Of a DNA stretch of 60,519 nucleotides, positions 58,122 through 60,519 are shown one piece after another (the stretch's first letter is position 1; every line of letters starts with the position of its first letter). This DNA comes from a virus (taxonomy: Duplodnaviria > Caudoviricetes): IMG/VR virus record IMGVR_UViG_3300043394_000652, positions 1 to 60,519 of that record. One strand, 5' to 3'. A program made the translations under genes and the position numbers. The notes under the pieces are model-generated. The model did no database searches, was not told the DNA's origin, and saw only the letters and a list, made by a program, of their open reading frames with translations.

Positions 58122-58191
58122 GAACCCGCTACAAAACGAGGCGCCAAATTAATTTCGACTTGTACAGTCTGGAAGGTCAGGCCGGGTTCAG
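58122..58191 (+). ncRNA. Putative small RNA, ACAGC family unit 3 (variant TACAAAA)
   Basis: GAACCCG (58122-58128) pairs with CGGGTTC (58183-58189). Confidence 0.45.
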
Positions 58192-58192
58192 G

Positions 58193-58273
58193 GGTCAAGT
58201 AATACGTAATGGCAAAATGGTTATGTCATCCTTAATGGTTGTATTGTTGTAGGTTCGAATCCTACCTTGACTA
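58193..58273 (+). ncRNA. tRNA-like element with acceptor stem and T-arm but no canonical D or anticodon arm
   Basis: GGTCAAG/CTTGACT acceptor; GTAGG-TTCGAAT-CCTAC T-arm. Confidence 0.65.
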
Positions 58274-58287
58274 CTCTAATTAAGCTA

Positions 58288-58331
58288 GTTTATGAACAGC
58301 CTTTGAGGTGGGATGCTCTCATTATAAACGG
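58288..58331 (+). ncRNA. Putative small RNA, ACAGC family unit 4
   Basis: GTTTAT (58288-58293) pairs with ATAAAC (58324-58329); AACAGC starts one base after the 5' strand. Confidence 0.45.
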
Positions 58332-58332
58332 A

Positions 58333-58424
58333 AGTCAGGTGGCGGAATGGTAGACGCATTGGGTTCTCTGCCCGATACCTTTGTTAAGGCAAAAAGCTTA
58401 CAGGTTCGAATCCTGTCCTGGCTG
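58333..58424 (+). tRNA. Atypical class II (Leu-type body) tRNA with anticodon-position CTC; possibly a pseudo-tRNA
   Basis: AGTCAGG/CCTGGCT acceptor, GCGGAATGGTAGACGC D-arm, TTGGG-TTCTCTG-CCCGA anticodon arm, long variable arm, ACAGG-TTCGAAT-CCTGT T-arm. Confidence 0.65.
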
Positions 58425-58439
58425 CAAAAAAATTAAATT

Positions 58440-58646
58440 ATGGAACAAAAAATAAGCAAAGAAACCGATGAGTTTATTGATAAATTAGACCATCTATGTT
58501 GGGAACATCACTTTGAAATTTGGCCAACTGACACCATCAATAAAAGAAATGAAGATGGTTCATATCCTACATTTACTATCCATAATATGAGTACCGGTGA
58601 AAAGGTGAAGCTTATATATGTCGATGGTGACGGAAGAGGTAAATAA
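58440..58646 (+). CDS. Hypothetical protein inside the tRNA-like cluster
   Basis: 68 aa ORF with an AT-rich leader. Confidence 0.6.
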   Translation: MEQKISKETDEFIDKLDHLCWEHHFEIWPTDTINKRNEDGSYPTFTIHNMSTGEKVKLIYVDGDGRGK

Positions 58647-58652
58647 TTAAAT

Positions 58653-58737
58653 AGTCAGGTGACGGAAAATGGTGTGACCTACCTAAGTGCAATGAGTCCG
58701 TTAATGGTTTATACAGGTTCGAATCCCGTCCTGACTA
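58653..58737 (+). ncRNA. tRNA-like element with acceptor stem and T-arm but a non-canonical middle
   Basis: AGTCAGG/CCTGACT acceptor; ACAGG-TTCGAAT-CCCGT T-arm; inner ACGGA/TCCGT stem. Confidence 0.65.
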
Positions 58738-58760
58738 CAAATATAGTGGATATATAATCT

Positions 58761-59708
58761 ATGAAAAAGATTAAACTATTTGAAGAGTTTCTTACTGAAA
58801 AAACTCAGAATGCAGATTTACATAAGATTTATTTGGCAATAAATCCTGATAGTGGTCACCGATGGTGGTCATACAAGGACTTTGCTGGTGATAATTTCTT
58901 TATTCAAGTAACACTTGAAAATTATAAGGATTTAAATATTAATCCAGAATACCCTATCCTTACATACAATTCTAAGGTGACTCAGACCCTATTAGATGAA
59001 GGTCTAATCAAAAAGGAAAATGTTTACAATTTACCAGAGTTTATTAAACAATCTGGTTCTAAGGCAGAATTTCATAAATTGGTTGATGGAGATGAAAATA
59101 TTCCAAAGACTGCACACAATGAAGAGGAAGCCCTAAAGATTGGTTTTCCATTAATTGCAAAACCAGCAGAAGGTCACTCTGGCTTAGGTATTCAAATCTT
59201 TAAAAATCAAGAGGATTGGGATGCTGCAGACCACTCGAAATTTGATGTGTATTCAGAATATATTGATAAAAAGAGTGAGCATAGATTAATTACATTTAAG
59301 GGCAAACCTTTCTTTTGGATGGAAAGATTACCAATGAATGATAAAGCAAAATCAGGAGAGGGTAAGGGAGACGAACAAATGATGTTTAAATACATTAAAC
59401 ATAACGTTGATAATATTCCAACCAAATTCAATGAGTTGGTTGAAAAGTTTGGAACGATCTTTAAGGACCTACCTTATATTTGTTTTGATGTTATGGAAGA
59501 CCAGGATGGAAAGCTTTATATTATTGAAAGTAATAGTCAACCAGGAGTTCCATTTGATTCTACAATTCAGGCATATCGTGTTATTTTTGAAGACTTTTAT
59601 GGTAAAAAGGTAAATGCTGAATGTGATAAAAAACTTTTAGAATTGTCAAAATACATGTGTAATAAAACCCTTGAACTTGACCCAAAAAGATTTGAAATTA
59701 AAGACTAA
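58761..59708 (+). CDS. ATP-grasp (RimK-like) ligase with MKKIKLFEEFLTE tag
   Basis: IPKT, FPLIAKPAEGHSGLGI, SEYID, EHR, FDVM, IIESNSQPG. Confidence 0.8.
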   Translation: MKKIKLFEEFLTEKTQNADLHKIYLAINPDSGHRWWSYKDFAGDNFFIQVTLENYKDLNINPEYPILTYNSKVTQTLLDEGLIKKENVYNLPEFIKQSGSKAEFHKLVDGDENIPKTAHNEEEALKIGFPLIAKPAEGHSGLGIQIFKNQEDWDAADHSKFDVYSEYIDKKSEHRLITFKGKPFFWMERLPMNDKAKSGEGKGDEQMMFKYIKHNVDNIPTKFNELVEKFGTIFKDLPYICFDVMEDQDGKLYIIESNSQPGVPFDSTIQAYRVIFEDFYGKKVNAECDKKLLELSKYMCNKTLELDPKRFEIKD

Positions 59709-60325
59709 TGGAAAGAATTAAATTATTTGAAGAGTTCATTGCTGAAAAACTTGAATGGAAGGATTCAGATGCACCTGACGCAAATGGTAGGTTTAAAGAA
59801 TTATCAATCAAAGATTTGGCTGCCTGGTTAATTAAGACAAGAGACAAAGATTTAAGAAAGATAACAGGTTCTATCAATCAACAAATTGCATTTAATAAAA
59901 ATGACGATAAAGAGTATGTTGATAAAATGGAAAAGGTTCGTCAAGAAGTTTATAAGCAACTTGGTAGAGAGGATTTAATGGAATCTTTAAATGAAGCTGA
60001 GGAAACTTATAATGATTATCCTGCGGCCGCCAAAAAGAACGCTAAACAGGCACTTGAATGGAGAGATAAATATGGCCGTGATGAGGTAGATGCAGGAACT
60101 GCAGTTGGTTGGCAACGTGCAAATCAATTGGCAAAGGGTGAAAAACTTTCAGTTGATGTAATTTCTCGCATGGCACAATTTAATCGTCATAGAAAAAATT
60201 CAAAGATTGCACCTGAATTTAAGGAGACTCCATGGAAGGACCGAGGATATGTTGCATTTTTAATTTGGGGTGGAGATGAAGGAGTTGATTGGGCAATCGA
60301 AAAAATGAAACAATTAAAAAAATAA
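59708..60325 (+). CDS. Putative head-associated protein with MERIKLFEEFIAE tag
   Basis: GTAVGWQRANQLA...RMAQFNRH...WGGDEG domain common in phage head regions. Confidence 0.65.
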   Translation: MERIKLFEEFIAEKLEWKDSDAPDANGRFKELSIKDLAAWLIKTRDKDLRKITGSINQQIAFNKNDDKEYVDKMEKVRQEVYKQLGREDLMESLNEAEETYNDYPAAAKKNAKQALEWRDKYGRDEVDAGTAVGWQRANQLAKGEKLSVDVISRMAQFNRHRKNSKIAPEFKETPWKDRGYVAFLIWGGDEGVDWAIEKMKQLKK

Positions 60326-60332
60326 TTTCAAC

Positions 60333-60515
60333 ATGGAAAAAACGTTAGGAATCATTAGACATGCACTAACCTTTATTGGTGGTATCTTTGTAACGGAAGG
60401 ATATGTAACCGAATCAGAAATGAATTTGGCTGCAGGTGCAATTGTAACATTGACTGGTGTTATCTGGTCAATCGTTAGCAAAAATAAGGCAAAGGTTGTA
60501 GATATTTCAGAATAA
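60333..60515 (+). CDS. Putative small two-TM holin
   Basis: GIIRHALTFIGG...G...WS...K pattern of small phage holin-like proteins. Confidence 0.6.
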   Translation: MEKTLGIIRHALTFIGGIFVTEGYVTESEMNLAAGAIVTLTGVIWSIVSKNKAKVVDISE

Positions 60516-60519
60516 TTTT

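Noticed and set aside
234-59613. Short minus-strand and alternate-frame ORFs overlapping long genes
   Set aside because: They are shadow ORFs of real + strand genes with no recognisable motifs.
1-60519. Stop-codon reassignment as seen in some large phages
   Set aside because: Core genes are full length in the standard code and tile the window densely.

Overview
This 60.5 kb AT-rich window is part of a large T4-like (myovirus) phage genome, read in the standard genetic code with nearly all genes on the + strand. The host is probably a Bacteroidota/Flavobacteriia member, inferred from TAnnTTT(G/A) promoter boxes and AT-rich leaders without Shine-Dalgarno sequences. The window carries T4-type replication and recombination genes (split family-B polymerase, candidate clamp, clamp loader, UvsX, gp41, gp46/47, RNase H), nucleotide metabolism genes (gp56-like dCTPase/dUTPase, nrdAB, gmk, thioredoxin), two sigma factors, the head, neck, terminase and tail block, and an accessory region with tRNA-like RNAs. 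Five things stand out. (1) A Ro/TROVE-like DUF2828 vWA gene co-occurs with four predicted small RNAs sharing a terminal stem plus an ACAGC motif, two of which abut aberrant tRNA-like elements; this is a candidate phage Ro/Y-RNA-like system. (2) A portable MKHIKLFEQFxNE tag sits on about 11 unrelated, mostly late-promoter proteins and may be a capsid-targeting signal. (3) The two polymerase halves lie 5.2 kb apart with no intein. (4) A candidate DNA-modification cassette has a glycosyltransferase-like protein ending in a clamp-type LF tail. (5) Three promoter classes can be read directly from the sequence. All family assignments are by-eye motif recognition; no database searches or folding programs were run.
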